Below are positions 1 to 14,312 of a stretch of 62,200 nucleotides of DNA, piece by piece. Below the pieces are notes generated by a model that saw only the letters and a list, made by a program, of their open reading frames with translations, had not been told where the DNA came from and did no database searches. The stretch's first letter is position 1. Each line of letters opens with the position of its first letter. The stretch comes from Craspedostauros australis. Taxonomy: Eukaryota. The stretch spans positions 1 to 62,200 of the forward strand of contig JALAGF010000009.1 in the NCBI GenBank assembly GCA_030167865.1, in the 5' to 3' direction. Made by a program: the position numbers and the translations under genes.

Positions 1-23
1 ACAATACCACGCTTTTCACTAAC

Positions 24-153
24 CATTGGCATCCAGCACCTTCTCGACTGCATTCTCAAACGCCGTTTGGGCATTGTCAAAGCCGTTGGATTGCAGGAGG
101 GATGGTGGGCACTTGCCCGTTGCCTTGGCTCGATCAATCAAGCTCGTTGACAT
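24..153 (-). CDS. Possible first exon of a gene running off the left edge (MSTSLIDRAKATGKCPPSLLQSNGFDNAQTAFENAVEKVLDAN...)
   Basis: ATG at 153 follows a CA-rich leader. 43 open codons are followed by a GTTAGT donor-like site at 23. It lies divergent to APC1. No family recognised. Confidence 0.35.
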
Positions 154-819
154 GGTGCTCAACTGTTCTGTTGTGCTTCTGGGTATAATGGAGTGGTGTC
201 TCTCTCTCTGGACTGATCTGAACTGATCTGTGTTGCAACAGGAGTATTCGATGCGATTCTACGCTACGCTGCTGCTCTGATGGTCGACAACTTCTGATGC
301 TGTGTTTCCAGTGCACTTCCTTGGCCTTGGTGTTTGGTGGGTGTTACTGTTGTTGTGTGTGTTGCTGCTGTTGTTTGTGTTTGTATTCGATTCCTCTCTC
401 TTCTCCTTTGTCGCTGCTGTTTGCGTTGTTGCTCGTGTTGTTCGTGTTGTTCGTGTTGTTCGCGCAGGTGTCGTTGGATCGAATCGCCTCTTTGCCGTGT
501 CACAACGCCCAAAAAGAAGTCCGCTGGCACGGAACAACACGTAGGAATCCTACTGAAGCCTACGTTCCATAGCTTGTAGTCATACGACAACGTGGCCAGT
601 CAACCAATCTCTTGGCTTCTTGATCTTGTTCTTCTGTTGTTCTGGTGGGGTGAAGGACAGACAGACAGATTCGTTGACCTATTCGACTAATATGACTCTG
701 AGCGTGACTGGTTCTGAAATCGGCCGCCAAGAATTCAAAAACAGGTTGAGATCGTGATCGTGGACAAACAGACACCCAAAGACGCGGCAACACCTCCACA
801 AAATCAAAGAGAGAGAAAA

Positions 820-3800
820 ATGACGGAACCCGTTTCCCCATCACCACTTCAAGTGAAGGCGCTGAGGTATCAATGCAGACGCAACAATGACGAAGCAAGT
901 GGCTGCCGACAGGTGTTGCAAAGGCTCCTGACGGCGGTACCGAACGCGACTGTCGCGAATGCATCAGGAGAGATCGAAACAACTTTGGAGATCCGCTTCG
1001 CAAATGAGGCCAAGAGTGGAGACATCATCTCACGCCAGGTCTTCGTTCGAAATGGACCTTGCTCTCCTCGGAGGGTGGTGCATGCGTCCTACCTCCTCCC
1101 GATCCATGGACCACCGTTTGATGGGATGCGAGTATCGCAGTTCTGCTGGGCGTCATTCTCCAGCCATCGTGATCACAAGGTGCTCTGCGTCCTTGCGTCT
1201 CCCACTATCTTGAACGTTTGGGACGTATACCCGACGAACGATCCCAAGGATCCAAAAATGGATGGTATGGCCGTGTCATTACCCTTTGAGGCAGTCAGCA
1301 TCCACCCGCTGGGAGGATACGGCATCGTCATCCAGCGCAAGGAGAGCATCGAAGATCACCGAGTTTTGCCTCATGGCGGTCATCTTGAGCCTCAAGTGGA
1401 TTCGAAGCGGTCCGGCAAAACTCCACACATGGGCACGGTTCCGGCAATCAACACGTCTTCAAATCATCTGCACATGGCGGGCGGGATCAACCATCTGAGG
1501 ACCGGAATGGGGGCGCCGGCGTTAGACTCGGTCCCAAGCCTCTTCACCCTTTCGAACCCTCTGGATGACGTCCTCCCTCTTGCGTTCATTGACACGGACA
1601 TCACGCAACAAACGAAAGCGATGTCGGATGTCTTCGAAAAGATCATATTCGTTGACAACCTTGAATGGTCGGAGAAATCTGACGCGGAGAACGAATCGAC
1701 GAGGCACAGCTTGCCGGTTTGCGTGACGTACAACACAATCAAGCGAAGGTGAGCTTTGGTTGCGCTTGACGTTGATGTCGGGTGTTTGCTGGCGAAGGTC
1801 TGTTTTGGAGGAGTGAGCGGTGATGTATCTGGCCGTTTCTGATTCTTTGTATTCTGGTTTCCTCATTCTCATATCCTTGTCCACAACCTATTTCTCAGGC
1901 ACGCAATCTGGGAAATCAAGTGCGCACCTGCTGGTCCACCGAAAGTTCCGCTTTGGAAGCAGACCGGTAAATGGCGTGCTGTGGATGGTTGGAATAGTCA
2001 CCTTGGGCTGCTGCAGCAAGGCATTGACGATCTGGAGATTGGCCCATCAGCAAGTGGAGCTCGAGCCATGGATGTCAATTCGAACGCGAACACATACAAC
2101 TCCTCCAGAAACCAGCAGTCTCGGAAGGAGGCCTTAGCTCAGGCTCTTGGAGTCAGTAAGACACCAAGAAAAAGTGTAGAAGAAGCGGCCACGCGCACTG
2201 GTCGCCCATCAACCAGCCGTCGATCTCTGGGACGCCACAACGGACCTATTTCTTTGGCGAACACGTCTCTGATATCACCCACGTCCCGGTCGTTTCATGA
2301 ACCCTCCATGCATAACCAATTGAACGAGTCCATGGATACAGTCGCGGGCACGCAGTTGCTGGCATTGGGCCCCTTTTCCAGCCTCCATCCGAAGTATGGT
2401 TTTCGGTGCATACATCTTGGCGGCAGAGCAACGGCGCTTACACCTGCAACGACTGCCTTCCTGTCCGCCAACACCGCCGGAGATGGTCAGTTGACTCTGT
2501 CGCTTATTGCTGATCCGGCACCTGGATCACTGACGACGACGATGGAGCTCTTCTCATTTCAACACCAGACCGGCACCATGGCGGCGAAACTCTCTGATGA
2601 TTCGCAGCAGTCTCCTGCGATGACGCAGAGAGAACCAACCTTCTATGTTTCGAAACTACCATCAATACCATGCCGCTGTGCATTGCCCATTAAGGCAGCA
2701 CCGATCCCGTTGCGGCTGAAGTCTAGCTCCAGCGCTGCCAATAATTCACGAATCACGATCACGGATATGCTGGTGCTGGAGGAAGACAGTGACCACAAAA
2801 CTACCCTTGCATTCTACCGACAATCAGACCGGCTTTTCGAATGTTCCTTGCCGAACCAAGCGCAGGATGACGACGACGCCGAGCTGAGCACAACGACACA
2901 AGCACCCATCACTGGAATTTCAAACCCTGTTGGGAATCGTTTCACCATTGACCTTGCTGACGATTCCCGACCAAGCGCACGATGCAGTTTATCATTGAGG
3001 ATGGAAGGCAGCCTGGTTTGCGAGCGCGCGATTGGTCACATTGAACATTCATTGGCTCACTCGCAGCATCATGGGACAGACCCTTCTGCGAAAGAGACAC
3101 TCGTGGGGTTACAGTTTCGCGTGGATTGCCTCCGCATGCACCAGCATTTGCAGCAGCATCCTCAAGCATCTGCGAGTGACAACATCCCCTTGTCAGCTGT
3201 GTGCGACACAATCGCTGCACTAGCATGCATGGATTTGTTTGAGGCTTACCACACACCAAACACAGCAACTGAGTCACTCGTGCGAAAAGCGTCATGGGAA
3301 CAGCTCTTATGTTCGGCTCATCATGAATCGAGCATTTCGGACGACGCATTCTCAATCTTCGGAACCCCGTCGGTGGCAGCCACCGGCACATCTGCCACAG
3401 CACTGTCGATAGATATGGGATTGCTTTCGGAAGCCACTCCGGACCTCATTCCCAATCTGACAGCAATGCTATCCAACTGTCTTCATGTTCTGCATGAGGA
3501 GATGAGATTGACAAGGGCGAGCGCAGAAGGAAAGAGTCTTGCATCGATCACATCAATCCTGACTTCCTTGAGCGAGATCCAGCGACTCGCCAAATCCCAA
3601 AACAATGATGGAAGCATTTCCCTTCACGATGCTCGCATGCAACACTACGGAAGGAGTTCCAACACTTGGCACACCGCGAATGAAAGACTGAAAGCGAGGT
3701 ACCTTGGATCAGGTAATAACGAACTGAGATCGAAGACCTCAGCTGCTGGAAAGCCAATGCAAACGGAGGAATTCGCGCCATGCATTGTATCGACTTTGCA

Positions 3801-6800
3801 CGACCAGATGGCGGGCGTTGTGAACAATGCATTCGTGGACTCGATTGGCTCATCATTCCTTCAGGGATCAGTGCCCAAGCTTGGCGCGGTTGTCCAGGCG
3901 TATTCCATCTTGTTTGATACTTCGGAGTCTGATCAGGATTCTGAGCGCGTGCGGCGTGCATTGCTCGTTCTGATACAAGCAGGCTTCAAGGATTCCGACT
4001 CGATACGTGACAACTTGCCTTTGGGTCTCGCCATGCCCATATTGGACGCTCTGGGTCGGTATCGTTTCAACCCTCGCCTGTCGCAGCATGCCGAGACGGA
4101 TGCAATGCTGCTGTCGCTTTGCGGTCGGACAGATTTGCTCGGCAATCTCAGCGTGAAGGTGGGAGACGAATCCAAGCATCAAATTGTAGGTGCATCGCTC
4201 GATCAGCAGGATTCTACAGCAAGACTTCCCGATGCTGACATGGATGGAATCGTGCCGATGGAGATCGCCTCGTCCAAGCTGTTTTCCAATGACAACCGGA
4301 TGCACGAAGCAGGGCGATTGCTGCGTTCTTCTCGGCCCACGTTCTTGCGGGTTGATCGGCCGATCGAGGTGTCGGATCATGACTTCGAGGCACTCAAGCA
4401 GGAAAAGCTGGTGCTACTTTGCCGTCGGGTGTTGGCATTGCCTGTGGGGCGTGGTATGCTGACGATCGGCAACTTGAAGCCATCCTCAGCGGAACAGCTT
4501 CCGCTCCCCGACTTGTGCCTTGTTGGGAGAGTTCCTCCGTCGAATGCCCTGATCGCGCTTGATATGACGGAGGCCCGCGATGAACCGATCATGTGGCCAG
4601 AGTTCCACAATGGTGTGGCTGCGGGACTTCGTCTGGAGATGGGCACAGATGCGTACAAAAAGATCACACGCACGTGGATCGTTTACAATCGCCAGAGACA
4701 CAATGCGAATCAAGAGAATCCACAGAACGATTCCAACTCTCCCAACAAGAACGAAGACTACTCACATGGCGGACTCCTCATGGCGATGGGTCTCCGGGGA
4801 CATTTGGGGGCTCTAGAAACGTCGGACATCTTTGATTATTTGACGTATGGAACGGTGACAACCACGGTCGGCATCCTCCTTGGCATGGCCATCAAGTAAG
4901 TTCGCTCTGCTGTCTTTGGTTGCAAAGCAGTTCCAAATGCTTCAATGTACTCGACTCCACTATATCTTACTTGCGTGCCGGTCTCTCACTATGTCTTCTA
5001 CATCTCATTTTTATTCACTGCTCCGTTGGTGCGCAGCATGAGAGGAACCAGCGACATATCAGGATCGAAAATGATTTGCCTGCACATTCCATCTCTCATC
5101 CCGCAGCACTTCAGTTCGATTGATGTTGCCAGCTCTGTCCAAACGGCAGCAATTGCAAGCGCCGGGCTGCTTTACCAAGGATCGTCGCACAGGATGATGA
5201 CCGAGTTCCTGCTCAACGAAATTGGACGAGCGCCCATCAACGACAGTAGCGCCTTCGACCGCGAGGCCTACAGTCTTTCGTGCGGCATCGCACTGGGGAT
5301 GGTCAATTTGAGTTTGGGCGCAACCTCAGGAGACCAATCTCGCAGCAAGGGACTAACTGATTTGCGAATCGAAGAGCGTTTGTATAAGTACATCTCGGGC
5401 ACCAACGACGCCAACCTCCCAGGCCGCAGCCAAGACTTTGCCGACAGGAATCTCTCCTCGACGCAGGGGGCGAGTGGAAACGATAAATTTTCTTGCATCT
5501 TCGAAGGTGATACAGTCAACATCAACGTGACTGCACCTGGAGCCATCTTGGCCCTTGCTTTCATGTACATGAAATCGGGAAACAGCAGCATCGCGTCCGC
5601 CCTTGAACTCCCCGACACGCATTTCCTGCTGAGCTACGTTCGCCCAGACTTTTTGCTGCTTCGAGTTGTGGCCAGATCACTGATCCTGTGGGATGAAGTG
5701 GAGGGGACTCAGGAATGGATCCAATCGCAGATTCCGTCCGTTGTGTTGAAGTCGTACGAGGAGATGCTGCAGCAAATCCAGGATCGAACTGTAATGTCAC
5801 AGCCAGACGCACAGAGCAAGACTGGCAACAAGACAGATATGCAACTGGTGCGACAGATGTACACCCATATCCTGGCAGGCGCGTGCTTCGCACTTGGTCT
5901 TCGTTTCGCGGGAACAGGGAACAAGGATATCGCCGCCGTGATTCGAGAACGCGTCGAAGAGTTGCTGGTCTTGCGCGACAGCTCGGACCCATACGCGCAG
6001 GCACTCACTCCAGGACGTGCCATCCTGGAGATGTGCCTGTGCTGCGCCGCAACTGCTGCCTCTATGGTGATGGCTGGCTCAGGAGATTTGGAAACGCTGC
6101 GACTCCTGAAGGTGCTTAGATGGCGCTGTGACAAGGAAGTCCTGTACGGCAATCACATGGCGTACGGGTCTGCCATTGGGCTGCTGTTCCTGGGCGGCGG
6201 CACGTGCACATTGGGACGTGAACCAGAAGACATCGCCGCTCTTGTCACCGCATTCTATCCACGGTACCCTTCGTCGCCGAGTGACAACCAGTACCACTTG
6301 CAGGCATTGCGTCATCTGTATGCCATCGCTGTGAAGAAAGCGTTGATAAATGCCGTCGACGTCGACGTGGGCAAGATTGTCTCCGTTCCCATTCGGGTGA
6401 GTCTGTGTGCTGTTGTCATGATGAAGTTCCATACGCAGATCCATGCATGAGCTTGAGTTCTTTCTCACACGGCTGTGCTTTTGCTGATGCTGCTGCTGTT
6501 GCTGTTGCTGCGATTGTCAACTTCGCGTTGTGCCTGCATGTGTGTTTCCCATGCATTGCCAATGGAATTATTGTTGCAACAACAAACAACAAACAGATAA
6601 CATTTGCGGATGGATCGGAGCCTCTGGATTTGAAGACCCCATGTCTTTTCCACAACACAGATAGGACTCCAAAAGAGCTCAAACTCGCCACCAATGATCT
6701 GTATCCTTTACGCATCCCGATCCATTTGAAAGGATCGATCGGAATGAACTTCTTCGTGAAACGAAGAGTGCCCAGCGAACTTCGTGCAGGAACGGCGTCC

Positions 6801-7277
6801 GGCAGCCTATCCCAGCAACTTTCATCGTCCCCGTCGTCTCTTCCCTTCTTTTCGTTTGATGATGATCGGCTGATGAAGACGTTCACAGAATTCTTCGGCG
6901 CGCCAACCCAGAATCAGGGTGCAAGGAATGGTGGCAACGGACATCTGTCGTCGACGGTGGCCCGTCCAGGCATGGGCGGACCGAAGCGTGTGGATCAAAC
7001 ACAAGACCAATTGGAGATGATCCAATCGTGTTGGGATCTGTCGATCATGTCCACAATTGACGCAACGGATACATCACGGCTGAGCAAGACATGGGATTTC
7101 CGCCTTCTTGCGTCATACTATCGGCATTGGCTCGCCAAGCAGAGTCACGCCATGGATACCGAGGCAGGTGGCGATGATGCCATTGCTCGTCACCCACCGC
7201 TGAACCGCGAACTCGTGGCGTATCTGTATGCCATGATGCAAGACATCCAATCGAAGCAGAAGCATTTCGATGGCTGA
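820..7277 (+). CDS. APC1: Anaphase-promoting complex subunit 1; exons approx. 820-1748, 1899-4895, 5037-6396, 6597-7277
   Basis: APC1 motifs LALPVGRGMLT, WPEFHNGVAAGL, HGGLLMAMGLRGHL, CLHIPSLIP, GLLYQGSSHRMMTEFLLNEIGR, APGAILALAFMY, YGNHMAYGSAIGLLFLGGG and YHLQALRHLY. GT..AG introns join the four ORFs in frame. Confidence 0.93.
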
Positions 7278-7798
7278 AACTTTGGATAGAGGAGGAATTG
7301 AAATGGTGCGAGCTGCTATACAAGAGAAGCGAGATCGAGGTCGCGGACACGAATAGAACTATACCCATACCACGTAGTATGCTTGCGAACCACCAGGAAT
7401 ATTCAGGAGGTGCGGTGAAATATATTATACCAGTCCCGGAACTTCGATCTGTTCGCGTGCAAGAAGCAATTGTGAAGTGATTATTTCCCCTCAACTTCTA
7501 ACGATCTTTCCTCCCAAAAGCGAAGAAACATCTCCTCCGAGAATCGTGTGCCGAACCCTGTCCACCCTTCCACGTTGGCAGACGTTCTTCGGCGCGATGG
7601 CTGGAGCGCGATCCCATGCTTGCAAAGCTGCGAGAGCGATGAAAAAGAAGAACGATCATTGAAGATTCGAACAGTGTCCACATGCCTGTGTGGACATAGC
7701 GCGAGCACACCTTGCATTCCAAATCCTCGTAGGTCACGCACGTTCGTGCCGTCACGATCTACAACAGCTTCGCTTATGCTCAGTGCTGCGCGTTCATC

Positions 7799-9385
7799 AT
7801 GACAACTGCGTGTCTCGTGCGTGCTGACATGGCATCCGGTCGATCCTGGCCCGTTGCTGCATGCGTCATCACCTTACGAGTAGCATGCCTGATCGTCTCG
7901 TGCGATGCATTCTCGAGGCATCCCGGAGTGCGGCCCGTGATTTCCACGTCGTGCCTCGCATTCTCGTTGCATACCAACAGCGAACACATCGCGCAGAATC
8001 GCAAGTGGAATGGTGACCACGCGACACAGCAGGAGGAGATCGTCGCAACTCGGGCTGATTGGGATCCGTACACAGACTTCATCCAATGGGTGGACCCGTC
8101 GTTGCCGTTGCAGAATCAGCTGGACAATAGCATCGACGACGACGAATGCGTCCTTCAAGATATGCCGTTGTATCCGCTGGATGCGGTCTACCTGCCGTAC
8201 GGCAATACGGTGGCAGATGGAGCATTGACAGAGTACCACTACTTGAACAACGTGGAACCGCGCAACCTCCACATGGCCATGGATCTGACGAGCTCAGACC
8301 ACCGGGAGAAGGGGATTCCGCCCGTCTTTTGCGCCGTCCTGCGTGCATCGGATACGGGAAGAATCGCAACCGTGGGCACCATTTTGAGAATCGTGGAAGC
8401 CACGGATGAAAGTGGTCGGGATCTATGGGGAGCAGAGCAATCGTCGCCGTCATCCGAAGCGCTACCACAGAGGATTCGCGTCAAATGCGTTGTGGAAGAC
8501 ATTGCCTCGATTTGCGAGGTGCTGAATCCGGATGCGGCCACGAGTCGGGCCAGAATACTGCGGTCCGATGAGTACATCCGTGTCAAGGTGAAGCGTCGTT
8601 CATCCACCAGATCGATCGATGCAAAGGGCGAGGATGATGCATCAGTAGATACTGGGTCCATGTCGACGATGGAGCTGATTTCGGCATACAAGGCAAAGAT
8701 CGCAGAAGATTACAGAATGATCAAGATCATATACGAGATTGGCGTCGGATCACAGTTGCTGCCGCTCAATGGACTTTCCGAGATGGTCTCCGCGATGCCG
8801 CTCGTCGAAGATTTTGATGCCAAGAATGAGGATGGTGAGGATGGTGGTGGTGGCACCGCCACAGCCTCCGAGCAGAGCGCAAGGAGATGGTTGCTGACGG
8901 TTGTGCAAACCTGGCAATCGGTATGCTACACCTGGAGGGCAGGACGGCAAGCATTGCTGGCCGCGGATCGCAATGAGCTGATGATCGATGCAGCATGTCG
9001 CAATGGCGGTCCGTTGAAGTTGCCCGTGCACATGGCAGATTTATCGCCTGAGGATCGACGCAACATCGAAGGGGTGGATCTCGCGGCTCAACATGATTAT
9101 CTGCAACTTCGACTGGATCCCACGCTGGACTTTCAAGTTCTCCTGTCCATGCTCTGGTCGTCCTCGTCCTTGTCGATGTCATCAAGATTGGACTTTGCCA
9201 CAGAACCATGGAGATGGGTTTCACGTCTGCTGGCGCAAGAACGAAAACGCCTCGAAGACCTGGCGGCCCAGCCAACGGCAGCCCCCATATCTTCCTTGGG
9301 AACCGATGGTGGTGACGATGAGTTGGTGGACGAGGACCTCATGCTTCCGAACGGTTGGTTCTTTGATGAGAACGAGGAAGCGTAG
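7799..9385 (+). CDS. Lon N-terminal (substrate-binding) domain-like protein without protease domains, probably plastid-targeted (start 7799 or 7829)
   Basis: 528-aa ORF. MPLYPLDAVYLP...LNNVEPRNLHM...GRIATVGTILRIVE resembles the LON_substr_bdg pattern (LP.FPL...P...IFEPRY...VGT...I). The hydrophobic N-terminus ends SCDA-F. Confidence 0.6.
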   Translation: MTTACLVRADMASGRSWPVAACVITLRVACLIVSCDAFSRHPGVRPVISTSCLAFSLHTNSEHIAQNRKWNGDHATQQEEIVATRADWDPYTDFIQWVDPSLPLQNQLDNSIDDDECVLQDMPLYPLDAVYLPYGNTVADGALTEYHYLNNVEPRNLHMAMDLTSSDHREKGIPPVFCAVLRASDTGRIATVGTILRIVEATDESGRDLWGAEQSSPSSEALPQRIRVKCVVEDIASICEVLNPDAATSRARILRSDEYIRVKVKRRSSTRSIDAKGEDDASVDTGSMSTMELISAYKAKIAEDYRMIKIIYEIGVGSQLLPLNGLSEMVSAMPLVEDFDAKNEDGEDGGGGTATASEQSARRWLLTVVQTWQSVCYTWRAGRQALLAADRNELMIDAACRNGGPLKLPVHMADLSPEDRRNIEGVDLAAQHDYLQLRLDPTLDFQVLLSMLWSSSSLSMSSRLDFATEPWRWVSRLLAQERKRLEDLAAQPTAAPISSLGTDGGDDELVDEDLMLPNGWFFDENEEA

Positions 9386-9889
9386 TGGACTGGATAACTG
9401 CAACTACGAACACTAGTTTGCATAGGCAGAGCATGCACATTGATTTGGATGATGGTTTTCTGGGGAGAGAGGGCGAGTGGTGCTCGTTCACCCTGCTTGC
9501 TCACCAGAGACACCCACACTCCTCATTGCTCCGTGTACGCGAAGGTTGATGAAGTTACGACAAGCAAGCAAGATGTCAAATTTCTGGCTGTGTGTTTTAT
9601 TAGCAGCGTCTGTCCTTGGATACGCGTCGACACGACAGAACCAACAAAAGGAACCAATTGCGTGAAACGGAGAAAGCAGATCAAATGATGAACAACGCGG
9701 CGAGGGAACCACGACAGACATCATGTTCGTTGCAGAGGACGTCGATGTCGATGGCACTCTCACACATTCTCGCTCCTTGACGAAGGGATCAAGACCGACA
9801 CGAAGATCCATCCGAGTACTCCAGAGAGAGCCAAGGAAGCGCAACAACAAGATCGTTGGAATCGGAAAGGCGATAAAGCAGTTGCAAAG

Positions 9890-12800
9890 ATGGCGGACGG
9901 CTTGGATGACCTGTTTGGAGCCATCGACGGCGATGAAAGCGGCGCCGCCGTCGCAGCTGATGAAGCCAACAAGGATGCTGACAAACCAAAGGAGGCCCCA
10001 ACGGCAGCAGCCGACGGTGGAGAAGATGTCAACATGGATGACAAGGAGTCGAAGAATGGCGATGATGTGAAGGAATCCGGCGGTGGCGTCCGAACGGTGG
10101 ACAAGGTGGTGTACCAGAGCGTCATGTCGGATGTTGCCACGACGAGTTCAAGGCAACGCAATGAGGCTGCCGCAGATGCAGCAACGGCCAAAGCGAAACC
10201 CGCCGAAGGAGAAAAGAAAGACGAGAATCGAGAGATCTCCACCGGAACATCGCATGACAAGACAGTGAGATCCTATTCTGCGTATCCCAAGAACCTGCCC
10301 GAAGGTCATCAGCTGCCAGTGGTCACGCCATCGGATCAACCGGCGAAGCAGTACGCGTTCAAGCTAGATCCCTTCCAGCAGCAGGCCGTGGATTACATCG
10401 AGAAGGAGGAGTCTGTGTTGGTGGCAGCGCATACATCGGCAGGAAAAACTGCCGTCGCCGAGTACGCAATTGCGAAGGCATTGAATAACAACCAACGTGT
10501 GATCTACACATCGCCCATCAAGGTAAGCAGACAATCGAATGAACGAATGAACGAATGGATGGATGGATGGATGGATGACTGGGCAAATGAATGAATTGAA
10601 GATTCCATGACACGTTAGTTGTGCAGCTCTCATTCACTGACGATGGGATGCCGGAGCAGGGCTGCCATCAGTCCACATGGTATTCGAGTCTCCTCCATGC
10701 ATTCCTTGCACCTTTCGTTATCATCTTCGATTCGATAAAGTGTCTGACTGTCGTCTCAAAATCTGTGTTCCCGAACCATCTTCACAATTTGCACACGATG
10801 ATGCGCGATGATTGATGATAGGCATTGAGCAACCAAAAGTATCGCGATTTGCAGGAGGAATTCAGCGACGTTGGCTTGATGACAGGTGACATCACCATCA
10901 ACCCGACTGCGACGGCCTTGGTCATGACGACAGAGATTTTGCGCAGCATGCTTTACCGCGGTTCCGAGCTGATGAGAGAAGTTGCGTGGGTCGTGTACGA
11001 TGAAGTTCATTACATGCGTGATTCGGAGCGTGGAGTTGTGTGGGAGGAATCCATCATTCTGCTTCCACACCGTGTGCGATTCGTCTTCCTTTCTGCTACC
11101 ATCCCGAACGCTTCCCAGTTTGCCGACTGGATCTGCGAGATCCACCATCAGCCGTGCCACGTTGTCTACACAAACTACCGTCCAACTCCACTGCAGCACT
11201 ACATCTTCCCACAGGGCGGCGACGGTTTGCACCTGGTCGTCGATGAGCGAGGCAAGTTTCGCGAGGCCAATTTCCAAAAGGCAATCGCTACCCTGCAGTC
11301 ATCCAACATGGACGCCGCAGCTGCCGACGCGATGCTGTCATCTGGCAACGGCAAGAAGCGCAAGCGAGCCACCACCGGTGGTGGCAAGAAGAATGGCCCG
11401 TTTGCGGACCTCCATCGTATCGTGAAGCTCATCATGTCGCGCAATCTCAACCCGGTCATCATCTTTTCTTTCTCCAAGAAGGACTGCGAACGATACGCCT
11501 TGGCGTTGAACCAGGAGGACTACACGGACGACGTGGAGAAGGACCTCATCTCGCAAGTCTACAGCAACGCGATCGACTCCCTCAGCGAGGATGACCAGAA
11601 GCTTCCGCAGGTCGAAGCGCTCCTCCCACTGCTCAAGCGCGGAATCGGAATTCACCACGGAGGGCTGCTCCCCATCCTGAAGGAGATTGTGGAGATTCTG
11701 TTTTCGGAAGGTCTCATCAAGGCCCTCTTCGCAACGGAGACATTCAGTATCGGTATCAACATGCCTGCCAAGACCGTGGTCTTCACCAACACCCGGAAAT
11801 GGGACGGCAAGGATTTCCGTTGGGTCACCTCCGGCGAGTACATCCAGATGTCCGGTCGCGCAGGACGTCGTGGCAAGGATGATCGCGGTATCGTCATCCA
11901 GATGCTGGACGAGAAGATGGAGCCCGATGTCTGTAAGGGCATTCTGTACGGTGAGCCGGATCCGCTCAATTCCAGCTACAAGATCTCCTACAACATGCTC
12001 CTCAACCTCATGCGGGTGGAAGACGTGGAACCAGAGTTCCTGCTGAAGGCGTCCTTCCACCAGTTCCAACGCGAAAAGGACGCTCCCGGACTCTTCATCC
12101 AGGCTGATGAACTGGACACGCAAGCCAACGGTCTTGAGCTGGGATCGCCGGAACAGGCCGAGCTGATCTCGCAGTACTACAAGATGACGCAGCAGGTATC
12201 CATCACGAGACAAAGCATCGCCAAGATCGTGCGCAAGCCAGAGCATGTTGTCAAGTTCCTGCAAAAGAACGGCCGCATGCTGGACATCTCCATCAACGGC
12301 GACAACTACGGATGGGGCATCCTCACGAGCTTCAAGAAGCGCAGCAAGCCAGACGCGAATAAGGCCAACACGATCATCGAGTATGAGCTGGACGTTCTGT
12401 TGCCGTGCGTGGATCGTCACTTTGATAACGTCGATGAGAAGGACAAGGCGGATGACATGCAGGACAGCGCATTGATGTGGAGAGGGTCCTTCCGACATTG
12501 CCGCCCGGCAAAGCCAGGCAAAGATGACCCGAAGGTGATCGCCATGCGCATCTTCTCGGTCGGCTTGGAGTCCATCGACAGAATATCCGCCGCCCGACTC
12601 GTGGTTCCCAAGGCCATTCACACCGCGCAGGCCAGGAAGCGTGCTGGGCTGTCCATGAACGAAGCCATCAAGCGGTTGAAGGGCAGCGTGCCGCTGCTCG
12701 ATCCATTGAAGGATCAGCAGATTACGGATCCCAGCTTCGAGACTCTCATGGAACGCGCCAAGACTCTTTCGGAACGTCTCAAGTCGCACCAATTGGCATC

Positions 12801-13747
12801 GGATGTTGATGCCGAGGAACGCGACAAGCTGCTGTCAACGTACGAAGAAAAGATCGAGCTGCAGCAAAAGGCGCGCGTTATGCGAGATGAAGGACGGGCC
12901 TGCCAAACTATCGCCATGAAGGACGATCTCAAGAAGATGAAGCGGGTGCTGAAGAAACTGGGTCATGTCGATGCAACCGGTGTGATCCAGACCAAGGGAC
13001 GCACGGCATGCGAAATCAACACGGCCAACGAACTTGTGATCGTCGAGCTCATTTTCGGCGGTGTCTTTAAATCCCTGACCGTGGAGCAGTGCGTGTCGTT
13101 GATGTCCGCCATGACATTCGACGAACGTAACAAGGACGAAGGCGATCCGGCCAGCGCCATCAAGGGACCTTTGCTGCCACCCTTCCTCAAGTTGCAAGAG
13201 ACCGCCCGCAAGGTGGCGCAAGTGCAAGCCGCCTGCGGGATTGAAATCAACGAAGATGAATTTGTGGAGAGCATCAATCCTGGAATGTAAGTGGCATGTT
13301 GTGTCCTGTGTCCGGTCGGACTTGCACTGGGCTCATCATATGTCTCTCACTTTTATCATTTTATCCTCTCCAAATGCACGTTTCTCTTGTACTGTTGGGC
13401 TACAACGCCACAACATGAATCATCGTCAACACGAACGGAACATGAAATCAATTTCCAATGCCGACATCGACATCGACATCCAACGACCATACAAATGCAA
13501 CACACGTATGCACAGGATGGATGCCGTGTTCGCCTGGTGCAAGGGAGTCAAGTTCATCGAGGTGCAGAAGATGACAGGCTCTTTCGAAGGCACGACGATC
13601 CGCACGCTACGTCGGCTGGAGGAACTGGTGCGACAGATCACCTGCGCCGCCAAGGCCATCGGGGACCAAGAGTTGCAAATGAAGTTCGAGGAGGGAAGCA
13701 AGCTGCTGAAACGTGACATCGTCTTCTGCTCCTCGTTGTATTTGTAG
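9890..13747 (+). CDS. MTR4: Exosome-associated Ski2-like RNA helicase MTR4; exons approx. 9890-10522, 10822-13286, 13516-13747
   Basis: [21 protein letters not shown] (spanning intron 1), [35 protein letters not shown], and a C-terminal DSHCT domain [15 protein letters not shown]...[12 protein letters not shown]. Confidence 0.95.
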
Positions 13748-14312
13748 GCGCTGTTCCTGTTCAAATCAATGGGCTCAATTCAATACTACAATAGTACGTA
13801 TTATATTATACATAGGATAACAGTACCACACCGCCGGTGATCATCTATTTGAGATTCTTTCGCTTGGTTCGACTGCTCATTGTAATGCTCCACAGCCTGG
13901 TTGCCAAATTGAATTTGCAATTTTGGTCGACTCTGCTCTGTTCTCTAGTTTTCACATCGCATCGTGATGCGGACTCAGGTACTTAAGTAATTCTTAAGAG
14001 ACACTTGACTACATGGACTAGTATTGATTCTTCTTTTCAGATCTTCCGTGATCGGCGCGAAAACAAACCGCCGTGACAGGGAGTCCGAAATCAAAAAATG
14101 ACCGCGACACAACCACACACAAAGAGAGCAACCAGAACCGCAGATCGTCGTGATACTGGCAAGGTCCACAAATCGAAGCAAACAGATAGTCGCCCATCTC
14201 CGACTCTTTCGCAACCATCACAAACACACGCACAGACTTGAGCCAGCAAGCGATCGGAGAAGAGCGAACACAGCAAACCGAAAGCCGCAACTCGACCAGA
14301 AAGCCATCGACC

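Noticed and set aside
259-590. Overlapping C/V/T/Q-rich short ORFs
   Set aside because: Translations of TGT/GTT microsatellite-like leader sequence.
10535-10580. (GAAT/GGAT)n tract in MTR4 intron 1, and other (CA)n/(GA)n runs
   Set aside because: Ordinary microsatellites with no evidence of function.
11338-12792. Long antisense ORFs over MTR4, the Cas1-like gene and FCBP
   Set aside because: They fully overlap well-supported genes on the opposite strand and are explained by codon bias.
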